Positions 13,403-26,900 of a stretch of DNA of 64,000 nt are shown here, one piece after another. Location of the stretch: assembly GCA_003427395.1 (NCBI GenBank), contig BFEA01000003.1:1368206-1432205 (forward strand). The letters are read 5' to 3'. How positions within the stretch are numbered: position 1 is the first letter of the stretch; every line of letters starts with the position of its first letter. The notes below the pieces were generated by a model. That model was not told where the DNA came from, did no database searches, and worked only from the letters and a program-made list of their open reading frames with translations. The stretch comes from Chara braunii (taxonomy: Eukaryota; Plantae; Charophyceae). The position numbers and the translations under genes are program-made.

Positions 13403-14669
13403 ATCTTGTTCAACTGAATTCCTGCATACACATCTTCCTACGGGGCGGGATCGTGGCTAGCTTTTGCGGGCACACGTGTAGATGGCGCATCCGCGGAGGG
13501 CAGTTGTCTTCCACGTGCGCGCGCAAAGGCCAGCGAATCAGATCCTCAGCAGCGCCAACGACCCAGAGGTGATCCGTCAGCGCGCCAGCTCGATCATGCA
13601 GCTCATTCCCTCAGGCCATCAATCTTATTTGAAATTCGTTTTGGTCTCGTACAAGCATACACACTCAGCGATTCTCGTATTCATGTCAAGATATGTCGTG
13701 CCAAGTCCGTTCAGGGTGCGGGCCGGCCTCGCAGGTACGCGTGTAAGTCGCGTTCGTCAGATCGCACTTACACGAGGACTCGCGGGGTCGGTTCGTTGCG
13801 GATCGATCCAACAGCCAATCACCAATGTAGGAGAAGGCTCATGCAACAATCCGTCATACAATTTTGTTCGAGCAGACAGTGGTTATGTGGTCATCCGGGG
13901 GATATCTCATCACCCTCCAGGCAGACATCAAAGAACCGCAACAGCCTCAAACTCCTTTCTCCTACCATCCATCTGAGTGAGAATAGGCCGGCGCTGCGAG
14001 CGCGGAATGATTCAGACTTACATGCAAAACATCGGCTATCCCAGCATTACAAGATCATCAGACCCATCTCATCAAGCGAATGCAAAAAGTGAAAGAGAAA
14101 GAACACATCACACAAAGTCGAAAGAATTGTCAAAATGCAAAACAAGGGCGTCTCGCCCAGAGCCAAAATTCTATACTCAAGGACTGACAAAAGACAAGGA
14201 AGATTGCAATCCCACATCCGCCCGTTTCCTCTCTCTCTCTCCGATGCGGACAATCCGTTGTCGTACCAAATACCCTTACAAGGGTATTTGGCCATGCTTT
14301 TGCATTTAACACAACAACGGCGTCGGCTACCATGACGGGGCCGGTCTGGGATGGAAAGGGTGTGCACTTTGGCGTGACACTTGGAATGATTTCCTCGGGT
14401 ATTGAGGCCGGGGTGAATCGGTGATAACATTTTGAGAATGTGCGGGAGAGTTGTTATGACGCGCGCTGTGATGGTTAGGATTAGTAGTAATACCCTCTGA
14501 CCTAAAGGATCGAGGGGTTGGTTGAGTTAATGTTGTGTCGGGTAGATCTACGACACACACTAAAACTTGGCTTGATACCTGTCTACTTACCAGTACTAGG
14601 GCATCTAAAAATGTCAGTTTTTGTCTTCCTCTACTCGGCCTCCGAATCGGGTGCTCGGCACATCTACCC

Positions 14670-14890
14670 CTACTTGGCGAGGTACCGACTTACCTACCAC
14701 TTGAGTGTTTTCCCCGCCGCGACCTTCAAATGTCGCGGCCATAGCTAGGTACCGGCCTACCCACCACTTGGGTGTTTTCCCCGCCGCTACCTTCAAATGT
14801 TGCGGTCATAGCTAGGTACCGGCCTACCCGCCACTCGAGTGTTTTCCCTACCACGACCCTCAATGTCGTGGTCACAACTAAGTACCGGCC
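14670..14890. repeat. About 63-bp tandem repeat, 3-4 copies
   Basis: AGGTACCGGCCTACCC.CCACT.G.GTGTTTTCCC... recurs. Confidence 0.8.
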
Positions 14891-17285
14891 CTTTGGGCCG
14901 TCCAATAACCCAAATACCCTTGCAGGTCATACATACACTCAAGCAGACAAGTACTCAGAGAGGCATGCAGACCAGCAAGCGTAAACAAACATAAACTTAG
15001 GAGCGGGTTCGGGTCACTAGATGGGTTAAACCCCAATACTCTACATATACTTGAGCGGCCCCATTCTTAACAAGAGTAGGAGCTAGCTCAGTAGGTTAAG
15101 GTTTGGGATTGTCAAGCGGTGGATGTAGGGAATGAATCCAACTTACACCTGAGCTAGCTCCTTTTGTCAAGGAACTCCACAACAGTTTCGCCCGGATTCA
15201 GTCCGGCCGGGGCTCGAACCCGTGACCTCTAGATTAAGGTTAGTTAGAGTTAGTAGTTACAGTTAGCCCCGTTCGAAAACAGGGGTATGACACTTGGCAG
15301 GTTAGGGAAGTTAGATAGTTAGATTCTGTTTTTTTTTTTTTTTTTTTCTTTCTTTTATGACTAATTTTGTTTTATTTCTTATTCTTATTTCTTACCTCTT
15401 ATTTTTCGATGCTTGTTGTTCCTTGCAAAATTCCCGTAACTATGGCTGATAGTTTATGTTAGTGAATCTGCCGCAGAATCCGGGCAGATTCATTCCGACG
15501 AACTTCGGTCCGCTCCGAATGCGTTCACGAGCGATTCGGCCTGACACTCTTGGGCGTGGAAAGCCAAGGAGGGGCACAAGAGGAAACTGGGAGTGTGGAG
15601 CGCATGCGTACAGGGATCGGTGTCGATTGAGAGTGGGAGATGGCTGCATGGCGGATGCTCGCCCGATGGCGATGAACATGGGGTAAGAGCGCGATCAGGC
15701 GGGGGTAGAACACGCGAAGGAAAGGAGGTGATCACACGAGAGGAAGGAGGTAAGCGAAGGAGAAGAAGGTGGAGAAGGAGAAACGGAGAAGGGGTGAGGC
15801 CAACGTACCTGGCCATGGAATCGATGACGACAATGTCCCGCGCAAAACAGCGAGCGGAATGACCATAAGCCCGGGCGTGGCAAACAGAGGTAGCGCGCGG
15901 CAGCAAGGAGAAAGGGTGGATCGGCCACGCGAAAGAAGCAGGCGCACGAGAAGGAGAAGAAGAAGAAGAAGAAGAAGAAGAAGAAGAAGAAGAAGAAGAA
16001 GAAGAAGAAGAAGAAGAGAAGAAGAAGAAGAAAGGGAAGGGGGGAGGATACTACCGCACAGGAAAGAGTGAAGGGCGCGGCTGGTCAGAACGGGTGCGAC
16101 TCGATCGAAAGAGATCGGCGCAGGGCTCATCGGAGATGAGGGGGAAATTAAGGAGGAAGTACGCAGGCGAGAGGACAAGCGCGAGGGGAAGGAGGAGAAG
16201 AGAAGAAAGAAGAAGTAGAAGGAAGGAGAAGGAAAGGGAGGAGAAGAATAAGAAGAGGAAGATGAGGAAGAAGAGAGGAGGGGAGAAGGATACGTACCTG
16301 GCCTACATCGGTTGTTGACCATATGTGAGGCTGGAGACTTGCGGGATGTGACGAGCATTCGTGCGGCATCAGGAGGATGGGTCGACATCGCCAACTTGTT
16401 CAACTGTGCGCTTGTGTCCTCCGTATCGTGGTCTTGGCACGCTACACAACGTGACGAATCGAGTTACGGGGAGAGGGGGCATTGAGCTAGTATGCCGGAC
16501 AGCTACAACGACGACGTGAGAGAGAGACAGGTAAGTCTCTAATCACACGACGCACTCCCCTATACTCCCGCTAGTCGAATAGGCCAAATCGAATGAATCT
16601 ACCGCTAGAACATGGAACTATACCTACCACTATCGTTTGTGAGTGTGTGGGTGTGTATATATGATTGTGTATGTGTTTGTGTGTGTGAGTGCGGGAGTGT
16701 ATATCGCACGGCCGATCGCACACTGCTTTCACTAATAAGATGAGCTCCATTGAATGAAACTACGACAACAATGCAGAAATCTATACTACTACTACGTGAG
16801 TACGTGTGTGCGAATACGCACGTGTGTGTGTGTGTGTGCTGTCATGTTCACTACACACATCTCCACTAAGGAGAAGCATGACTATCCCAGACTCTTTCGT
16901 CGGACTTCAGCGACCCATGAGTAGGTTTCCCTGTCTTCAATCTATCCCTCTATGTGTGTGTATGTGAGAGTGTGAGAGAGAAAGAGGGAGGAGAGAGACG
17001 AGGGGGGCTTATTGAGAATACAAACCACATACCTGAACGGAGTGCATGGTTCAAATTGAAAGGCCAGGGGGGATCAGCCTCTTGATGATTTCGTGAAACT
17101 TCAATGAAACAACCAGTCAAGGTCGTTCGACGTTGTCTCATTCTCTCCCTGTTTCCACGAATGCACATAGCCTGAAAAATGGTTAGTATACATTAGCGTT
17201 TTATTACTTATTTTCTTTTATTTCCTTTGTTTGATTTTATTATTATTATTAATCATTATAATTCTCGTCAGAATATATATATATA

Positions 17286-18011
17286 CAGGGTCACCAGCCC
17301 GTACGTATGGAGGTCCCCGGGCAGACCTCCGTACCTATGGGCGTTCGGGGTCCCGTACGGGGTCCGAACTTGACGGCGTTCGGCCCCCGCCAAAAATTAT
17401 TTCGGGGCCTAAAAATAACTTTATTTTTCTGAATTGTTTTTTGTGAGTTCTCTGTGACATGAGGTACATGCCTATAAATTTTCAAGTCATTTGGCTTAGC
17501 CAAATAAGAATTATAAATCTTCAAAGATGGCGGTCTCAAAACGTGCTCGGCCAAGTTTTTTTTCACTTTTTACTTTTTGTTTTTACTTTAGTTCACGGTC
17601 TAAACAATTTATTATTTTTTGAAACGTTTTTAGTGGTTTTTGCATTATGTGAAGTACACATTCGTAAATTTTCAGGGCATTTATCTATGTCAAAAAAAAA
17701 AGCAAAATCTCCAGAGATGGCGGTGTCGAAAACGTGCTCGCGCACTCACTAAATTTTTATTTTATTTTATTTTTTTAGTATTTTTTTTTCATATTTTATT
17801 TTTATTTCAAAATTGGTAAGGAATTTGGATGTAATGCTCAGGCAAATCTTGCGTAATTTATGTTTCTTCACAACATATCATTTTTTCAGATTTTTTTGAT
17901 GACTTGTTGTTTTTTTTTTGTTTTTTTTTTTGTCCGCGTTCGGGCCGAACGCATCCCCAAGGGGTCCCATACGTTCGGGCGTTCGGCTCGTCCCGAATGC
18001 CGGTTACCCTT
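17286..18011. mobile_element. Non-autonomous hAT element (family H1, reverse orientation)
   Basis: CAGGGTCACC ... GGTTACCCT, 8-bp TSD TATATATA, homologous to 10716-11472. Confidence 0.9.
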
Positions 18012-18762
18012 TATATATATATATATATCCGCAGGCAGAGAGAGAAAAGAGGACAACAAACGCGGGGATATATATATATATAATGAGTCGGTAAAACTCC
18101 GACGAAACAGTTTGTCACAGCCCCTCGTTTGTTGTCCTCTTCTCTCTCTCTGCCAACGGTTTACCTGGCAGTTTTGTTTGTGACGATATATATATATAAA
18201 TATATATAAGTGACGAGTGGGAATGAAGGTGGGGAAAGAGGTAAAGAAGAAAAAGAGGAAAAGGTGGAGGAGGAGAATGGCGGGAGGAAAAGGACAGCGT
18301 CGCGATAGGAAATGAATGTGAGCGTAAGTGCAGAGGTGGATTGCGTGGTGGAAAGTGGGCGGATGGTGGTTCTTGGGAGCATGTGGCATCTATGTGGGGG
18401 ATCAAAGTTGTGAGTGATATGGGGGACATACCTGGTGCTTGTGGCGAACGATACTGGCCGAGATTTGCTCGTACTTTAGGGAGTTATTGACGTCATCATC
18501 GACATTTTAGTCTAGGCTAGATAGGATCTGCCATCTGTAGTCTGGGCGCCGAGCGCCAGATAGGATATCAACATTGGTTCTTCGTTGATGATGATGATGA
18601 GACTATTCCAGCATTGTCAATTATGAGCTTTTGGTGTGCTCTTATTTGGTGAAACTTGTGATGCAATTATGCTCTTGGTTCGAGGTCATGACTATCTGGT
18701 CTCATGTGTATGTTGCTGATTGGTTTTTGAAGTTTGCTATCGCTCATTTTCCTTGCATTATG

Positions 18763-18825
<63 letters not shown>

Positions 18826-19395
18826 TCATCCTAGTAAGAGAGCAACTATGTGTGTTTGAAGGAAAGACCAGGGTAGAACATGGTGGGGAGGAAGAAGAGT
18901 ACTCACGGAAAGAGGGGGAGCGTGAGAGAAAGAGACGGAGGGGGGAGATCGACATTCTCCGTTTGAATGAAACCTGGCTGGCATTGTGGCCAGGTACGGT
19001 GCAGGAGGAGGAGGTGCACAGACGGGGAAAGGTGATTTGCTTGAAAGAAAGGAGGAGGAGAAGAAGAAGAAGACGAAGGAGAAGAAGAAGAAGAAGAAAA
19101 GGAGGAAGAGAGAATAGGAGGGAGATAGGCTTCAGTGTGTAAGTGTGTGGGGTATTCAGGGTGGTCCAGAATCGAGGTGTGTGCGAACACTGGTGTTGGA
19201 CACATTGACGAGGGTTGGGTTGTACAGGCACTGATGTGCCATAGCCTGTTGAAGCGCGTTTGCGTCTGAACTGTATTCTCGGGTTCCATATCTCTGAGCT
19301 TTGAATGGGCGCTATGCACCAGTGTGAGTCGCTATCTGTTTGCATGTATGCAATATGGAGAAGAAAGCGAGTTTGATTGCATAAAAACCGCTCTG

Positions 19396-19452
<57 letters not shown>

Positions 19453-19825
19453 TGATGATGGTGATGATGTGAAGATACATACCTGGCATTGGCGATGGTC
19501 TGCACGGGTCGACATCCTCAAGTACTTCGATTGGGCCGTTGACGTCAACAGTTGCATTGTCAATAAGTAGACAGATGGTAGTTGTATAGGGAGTAGGCTG
19601 GGCGTCAAGCGCGTAGGGAGAAGGGTCCGATCACATATGTTGGCAGTGGCGAGAGCAAGCTCTCATTGACATTTGGTTTTCAGTTTTACGATTCTCCATT
19701 GGTATTATATTGGTGCAATGCTACTTTCTGGACACTGTGATACATTCTGGCTTTCAATGTGATTGTGCAATCTGGATATTGCCATCTCGCTACTTCCCTT
19801 TTTCCTTGCAGTTTTATTGTTATTA

Positions 19826-19865
<40 letters not shown>

Positions 19866-19888
19866 CATTATTTTTTTTATTATTTTTA

Positions 19889-19941
<53 letters not shown>

Positions 19942-20805
19942 TTATCCTAGCAAGATAGCTACTATGTGAGTTTTGAAGGAAAGAACCAGAGGGACAGGGG
20001 CAAAGACTGCGTGAAGAAGGAGTACACCATTGGGAAGAAGATGAACACTGCAAATGGAGAGAATGGACACGGCAGGAAAGAAGAAGGATATAGGAGAAAA
20101 AAAAGAACAAGAGGTAGGAGGAAGACGAAGAGAAGGAGAGAGAGGGAGAAGAAGTGGAAGGAAGGCAGAGTGAGGGTAAGGAAGTTCTTACCTGCACAGG
20201 TTGTGCGCGAAGGTGGTGGATAAGCACATCAGGCAAGGGATAGGATGTGTGACAAGGGAAATGTGAAGGTGCGAGCAAGTATGAGGAGGAAGAAAAGGAA
20301 GGGGTGCACTGTGAGAAAGGGAATCACACGAGAAAGGAGAGAGAGACAAAGCAAACAGACAAACAAGACAAACATACAGACAAACAGACAGGTACACAGA
20401 GACACTCAAAGAGAGATGCATACACAGAGAGAGAGAGAGACAAAGGGAACGAGAAATAGAGAGAGAGAGGTGACTTGATACATACCTGATGTGGGAAAGA
20501 AGGTCGACTATGGTGTCCACGTCATGTACATTGGTCTCCAAAATCTAAGTAAGTTGTTGCGTGGATGCGGTTGTAGTAGGACAGATGGGTAGATTGGGCG
20601 TTGGGCGCCGAACTGAGAAAAGCGACTTTGGATGTTGTGTTGGTGTGGCCTATGGGCTTGAACATTGACTCACTACTTCATTGTATTGCTTGATGTGGAT
20701 GGTTTCTTGGTGCATTTGTACTCTCTGCTTGGACACGACTACTTGGACATCTGTGTGATTTCACCACTTGGGTTTTTGTTTATCGTTCACACTTATATTC
20801 CTTGC

Positions 20806-20858
<53 letters not shown>

Positions 20859-21019
20859 TATTATTATTATTATTGTAATAAACCGAGAACTGAAAGATAC
20901 TCGTCATACGTTGTAGTATAAGTAGATTCAGATTTGCACGATGTCTCCGATAATGGTGAAAGTGATGTCTGATACAACGTCTCTTTACCAATAGACGAAG
21001 AGAGTGGAGGGGGGAGTAG

Positions 21020-21520
21020 ACAGATAACCTGTGCCACATCAGCATACAGACAGCATGGCCAATGCCGCGTCAGCAGTAGACAGGCGGCAGTGCCACAGCA
21101 GCAGAAACGAATGACCTATGCCACATCAACAATGCAGACAAGTGGCCTGCGCCACATCAGCAATGTCGACAGGTGGTCTGCGCCACATCAGCAATGTCGA
21201 CAGCTGGCCTGTGCCACAATAGCAGTATAGACAAGTGGTTGCACCACATCAGCAATGTAGGCATGTGGTTGCGCCACATCAGCAGTACAGACAGATGGTC
21301 TGCACCACATCCGCGGTACAGACAGATGGTCTGCGTCACAGCAGCAGTGCAGGCAGATGGTCTGCGTCACAGCAACAGGGTAGACAGATGGTCTGCACTA
21401 CATCAACAATGTAGATTAGTGGCATGCGCCACATCAGTAGGGAAGACATGTGGCATCGCCACGCCAGCAATGCTTGGCGCACATAACAGACATCGTCAGC
21501 ATGTTGCCACAGTCCTGCGT
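21020..21520. repeat. About 32-bp minisatellite
   Basis: GCCACATCAGCA.TG..GACAG.TGGTCT is repeated more than 12 times. Confidence 0.85.
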
Positions 21521-21729
21521 CGTCCGCAGCACCAGCGCACAGCCAACGTCAAGGCAGCATAGCAAGACTGAATGTTGGCATCCTGGAAAGGCCAAGCCTT
21601 ATGCAGTGTTTGACGAGGCTGTCTGGTCTCAGGTCCCTCTCACACCGTCATACAGATTGACTTGGAACCGAGGATCTGGACTGTGTACAGCTGCGGACTC
21701 CCGCTTGGTCCTGATGTTGTCTGCGTACC

Positions 21730-22300
21730 TGCACACAGACAGACTGACAGACACAGATAGACAAACAGAGAGAGAGAAACAGACAACCCAGACAAGTAGA
21801 CTAAGACACAGACACTATGTGACCCACATACAGACAATGTGACACACGCCCGGACAATGTGGCTCGCACATGCAACAACATACACAGATACTGTGACACA
21901 CACAGTCACAGGCACGCAATACGTAGATACACAGTGGAACACGCACAAACACTTTCACACAGACCATGACATATATTGTGACACAGGCTATGACATATAT
22001 TGTGACACAGACTATGACATACACTGTGACACAAACAAAAAACATACACAGTCACACTGCACAGTGACACATACATGGACACTGTGACATACATAGTGAT
22101 GCAGTATAGAAGTGACACATAGACTCACAGGCACACAGTGCGCAGCAACACACAGATATTGTGACACACACGGTCACAGTCACACAGATACATGGTGATA
22201 CAGTCACACAGTGACACATACACAGTGACATAGATACACAGTGGCACAAAGAGAGAGATAGTGGCATACACAGTGAGAGAGAGACAGAGAAAGGGAGATA
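21730..22300. repeat. Degenerate CA-rich (GTGACACA) low-complexity repeat
   Basis: Recurrent TGTGACAC/GACATA units. Confidence 0.75.
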
Positions 22301-22413
22301 GAGAGAAAGAGTTGAGAGTACGTACCTGGTGTATGTGGGAGGTTGGTATTGGTATTGACTTCGTGTACATTGGTCTGTGAAGGCAAAGTCAACCTGTCGC
22401 AAGAGGATAGGTA

Positions 22414-22920
22414 CTACGAATCCCCCTCGGTGGCGGCCATCCGCGGACACGTCCGCGGCCGCGTGGACGTGTCCGTGGTCCGCGGCCATGAAAAAAAAAA
22501 AAAAAAAAAAAAAAATTCAAAACATTATGAACAAAAAATATGTTATGCAGAAAAATATACTGAACAACTTTTGCCTTGTGGTCATATCCAAAAACGTTAC
22601 TGAATTTAAAATAAAAAATCACATACGTTTCATGTTTTTTTTTTGAAAAAAAAAAAAAAACAGCTTTTGCCTCATGAAAATTAGTTTTTGAAGTTTTAAA
22701 ATTCGAAGACGAAGTCAAAAAATAAAATAAAAAATTGCGCAATGTAGATCTCAAAAAGATCTACAACCCCTTTTTTTTTTTTTTTTTTGATAAAATTTTA
22801 AGGTCGCAAAAAATTCCTGAAAGTCGCGGCCGCACCCAACCGCGGCCGGAGCCGCGGCGGCCGTGATCACGTCCGCCCTCCAAGCTTGACCCCCCGGACG
22901 CGTCCGCGGGTGTTTCATAG
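22414..22920. mobile_element. Non-autonomous hAT-like element (family H2)
   Basis: Imperfect TIR CTACGAATCCCCC / GGGTGTTTCATAG, 8-bp TSD GATAGGTA/GATAGGTC and subterminal CCGCGG repeats. Confidence 0.75.
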
Positions 22921-23206
22921 GATAGGTCGGACAGGCGGGATGAGTACAGTAGACTGGACGCCAGACAGTAGGAGCGACATTGAATACTGCAGTGATGTGA
23001 CCTGAAGGGTTAGAACACTGGCTCACGAGGTCACTATATCGCTCTTATTCGGATGAAATCTTGGTGCATTTTAGCTCCCTACTGGTTACATGACTGTTTG
23101 GACTTCTGCATAATTGATTGTAACTTAGATTTTTGTGTATCGCATTCATTCATTTTTCTTGTATTATTATTATTAGTATTATTATTATTAACATTATTAT
23201 TATTAT

Positions 23207-23938
23207 CAGGGTCACCAGCCCGTACGTACGGAGGTCCCCGGGCAGACCTCCGTACGTATGGGCGTTCGGGGTCCCGTACGAGGTCCGAACTTGACGGCGC
23301 TCGGCCCCCGCCAAACATTATTTCGGGGCCTAAAAATAACTTGTTTTTTCTGAATTGTTTTTTGTGAGTTCTCTCTGACATGAGATACATGCCTATAAAT
23401 TTTTAAGTCATTTGGCTTAGCCAAATAAGAATTAAAAATCGCCAAAGATGGTGGTCTCAAAACGTGCTCGGCAAGTTTTTTTTTCACTTTTTACTTTTTG
23501 TTTTCACTTTAGTTCAGGGTCTAAACAATTTTATTATTTTTTGAAACTTTTTTAGTGGGTTTTGCATTATGTGAAGTACACATTTATAAATTTTCAGGGC
23601 ATTTAGCTATGCCAAAAAAAATTAAAAAATCTCCAAAGATGGCGGTGTCGAAAATGTGCTCGCGCACTCGCTAAATTTAATTCTTTNNNNNNNNNNNNNN
23701 NNNNNNNNNNNNNNNNNNNNNNNNNNNNNNNNNNNNNNNNNNNNNNNNNNNNNNNNNNNNNNNNNNNNNNNNNNNNNNNNNNNNNNNNNNNNNNNNNNNN
23801 NNNNNNNNNNNNNNNNNNNNNNNNNNNNNNNNNNNNNNNNNCATTCGGCCTGAATGGCCGAACGCATCCCCAAGGGGTCCCATACGTTCGGGCGTTCGGG
23901 TTCGGGCGTTCGGCCCGTCCCGAACGCCGGTTACCCTG
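23207..23938. mobile_element. Non-autonomous hAT element (family H1; contains an N gap)
   Basis: CAGGGTCACC ... GGTTACCCTG, TSD ATTATTAT/ATTACTAT, very similar to 17286-18011. Confidence 0.9.
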
Positions 23939-23948
23939 ATTACTATTA

Positions 23949-23995
<47 letters not shown>

Positions 23996-26900
23996 TGTGG
24001 TTGTTACCATTTCATTGCCTATACCGTTTGTTCTCACCTGATTGCTAACACAATCAGGTATAGGCATGTGAAACCCCGTTACCTAGCTAGATCCATGGTC
24101 GGCTTCGTGCACGCTGGCTTAGAGCAAGTCCTGGTGCACGGAGGGTTATCTAGGCAAGAGGTCATGGAAGATGAAATGAAAAGACAGAGAGAATAAAAGA
24201 AGGAAGAAAACAGAAAAGAGAAATAAACAAGGAGATAAGGAAAAATGGATGAGGAGAAAGAGAAAAAGAATACGAAATAAAAAGACAAACAAAGTCATTT
24301 CTCACTCCCATCGTATACACCCTTGTTTTTACGCTCTCTGCTGCTCTATACTTGATTGATGTATATATGTAGGACGGGTGATAGGATAAGGCTCCAGGGT
24401 GAGGAAGGTCCTATTGCTCGTCTCTACGTGTATACATATCTTAGATAGTTAGGTTGACAGACTGAAGATGGGGTACTCTTGTGCGGATCATCCCATGGTC
24501 TGTCTAAAGTCTAAATCAGTTAGACTAAAACCAATGGCAGGATACTCACGTCTGAGTTATCCTAATGCTTGAGTAAGTATGAGATGAAGGCTTCTGTCGG
24601 AGTCTTCTTACTTCATACTTACATTTGATCGGGCTTTATTATACTCCACTGATAGAATTGAAGTTCACATCGCTCAACTTCGTGTAGGGCGATAGTGAGG
24701 GAGTTGTTGAGATCTTGTGATGTGTGTGTATTTGCAGGTCATTTTAATCAAGGAGACTCGTTATGAGTCTGTACAAGTCTACACGCTGTTGCCTTATAGT
24801 AACAGGTTGGTTCGCCAACTCAACCCTCACTCACCTTTGACACCCACACTTTGCATCTACCTCTGCACTAAATGACATTTCTCATTTTCGGGTCATTGTC
24901 TAAAGGGTCTGTGTTTGATCAAAAGAGGTCCTCAAATGACTAAGTCGAAAAGAGAATGTCTGGTTGAAAAGTTTGAAAGCGTAGGTGTAATGTGTGTGGA
25001 AGTGAATGAATGGTTGACTCTGTTAGAATTGCAAAAATGCTTTTGTTTTGTCTGCAGGTCAGTAAGACGATCAACCACGTGCTATTCACTCAACTCGCAT
25101 TGTTTATGCTTACCTGAGCCTCGACTCATACATTTTCGTCGACTCGTAACCTTTGTACATTTGGTTTGGACTTTCGACTTTTACCCCTTTTTATGTTGAA
25201 TAGATTAGGACAATTGGCAAAGGCGAAAAAGTCTTATTCGTATCCTGTTGCTTTGAAAGGCCATGAGCCTATCTCTTATTTTTGATGCATATTTGACAGA
25301 CCATGAGCCTATTTTTATCTATGATGTTTGTTGAAAGGCCAAGAGCCTATTGATTGTTTCTCTTTCAAAATCAAAACTTTGTTCATTCTGATGTTTGCCT
25401 GTATTTGTGTAAAAATGTAAAAGACATCTCCTTGCCTTTTCAGTCTCAGCCTTTGAACTATATTTGTCATGAATGTATCTATTTTGAAAGAACTTATATA
25501 ATATATATAATTTACGGGATAAGTTCAGATAGAATAGGATTTAGTATGCGTGAAAGATCGTCAGTCGAGTCGACCTGAATTGTAAGTCGGTCCGGGAGAT
25601 CAGCACCCCGATGCCCGACAGGTAAACGGGTCAGTCTTAGGCGTTCAACCGCGAGTATACCTATGCTACGGCGATCGAGAAAACGCCCTCGGCCGACCTA
25701 TCTCTACAAAGGCATGTAAAAACCTTCGCATGTGGGCCGGTAGCTCAGCAAGGATACGCCTACCAGAGGGTGGTGACAGCCCCTCGGGTAGAGGTGAGTT
25801 GTACCTCGCGACGTCCCGACCTGTTGCAGGGCGTCGTGAGAGGTATAGCACGCGTGCACGGTCGGAGTGGTGACTTACTGTTCTTTCAAGAAATAAATCC
25901 TGCGTGACACGACCGTGAGGTTCAGCGCTCCCCATCAGGGCGCGGGACCGCCGCGCGCGACACCGTCGTCCCGCACCCACCAATGAAGTTGTCACCCCAC
26001 TTAGCCCGCATGCACCCGTCAGGTTCGCCCGTGCGCCACAGTCCATCGTGGCCTACAAGTCAACCCCGCACACCTGGCATCAGCTCGTCGGGTCGCCCAA
26101 CTCCCTCATCAACTCACCTCTTACTTCGATCATTAACCGACCCTCACTGATCGCGCTAACCTCGTGCTTCCAAAATTTTTAAGAGAGTTATCATCGCGCT
26201 TGCTGAATTCATAACATGCATGCATGCACGAAGAGTGCGGGATTGCCTGAACTGAGAAGGGGAAGAAGGGGAGGAAGTGCCTGCGTGCTGCATGACCAGG
26301 CCGCGGCGTGGGGGACATAGCCACTCTCCACGCATCGATCTGAGCATGCAGCGCATCGACTAATCAAAACACAACAACAACAAGAAGGAGAGGCGGAAAG
26401 AAGACGAAAGCAAGAAGAAGGGGTACAGTTACAATTGCCCCCGCCAAAGATTACAGTTACACGCAGGATTAAGGCGCGGATGGAAATCAGAGCCCAAATC
26501 CTGACAAGGCGCAGCGTGTGCAAGCAACAAGCGTTGCGCAGCAAAAATTAAGCCTAAATTCCTAGCCTACGATCTACTTGCAAGAAGGAAATTCCGAGGG
26601 AGAAATAATTCTGAGAGCCCGTCAGACAAAATTTCAAAAACAAAAATTCCCGCGCGCAAATCGCGCCAAAATTCCCTGCGCCCCCAGCAGAACAAGAAAG
26701 AAGCTATGGCAACCGTTATTCTTCCCACTCGCTGAGGCGTGGTCACTCAATCGTCGGCTCGGGATTTTTCCAGTGCTGGCCCATCACCACCAAAAAAGAA
26801 GCAGCGGCGCAAGAAAGAAAAAAAAAGAAACAAGGACACCGATGCAATTTACCCGTCGATCCTACCTCCCGTAATTGGCCCAACTTTCCCCGATGCAAAA

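Larger units (their letters stand above)
14259..25962 (+). mobile_element. Nested 11.7 kb TG...CA element (family B) with no recognisable pol
   Basis: Starts TGTCGTACC, ends CGCGCGACA, with a 4-bp TSD CCGT at 14255-14258 and 25963-25966. Both ends are similar to parts of the element at 1-9575. Confidence 0.75.

Noticed and set aside
15207-15236. Functional tRNA gene
   Set aside because: Only a partial 3' half is present; there is no D arm or acceptor stem on the same strand.
15732-20278. Poly-R/L/I/Y ORFs
   Set aside because: They are translations of (AGA)n, (ATT)n and (AG)n microsatellites.
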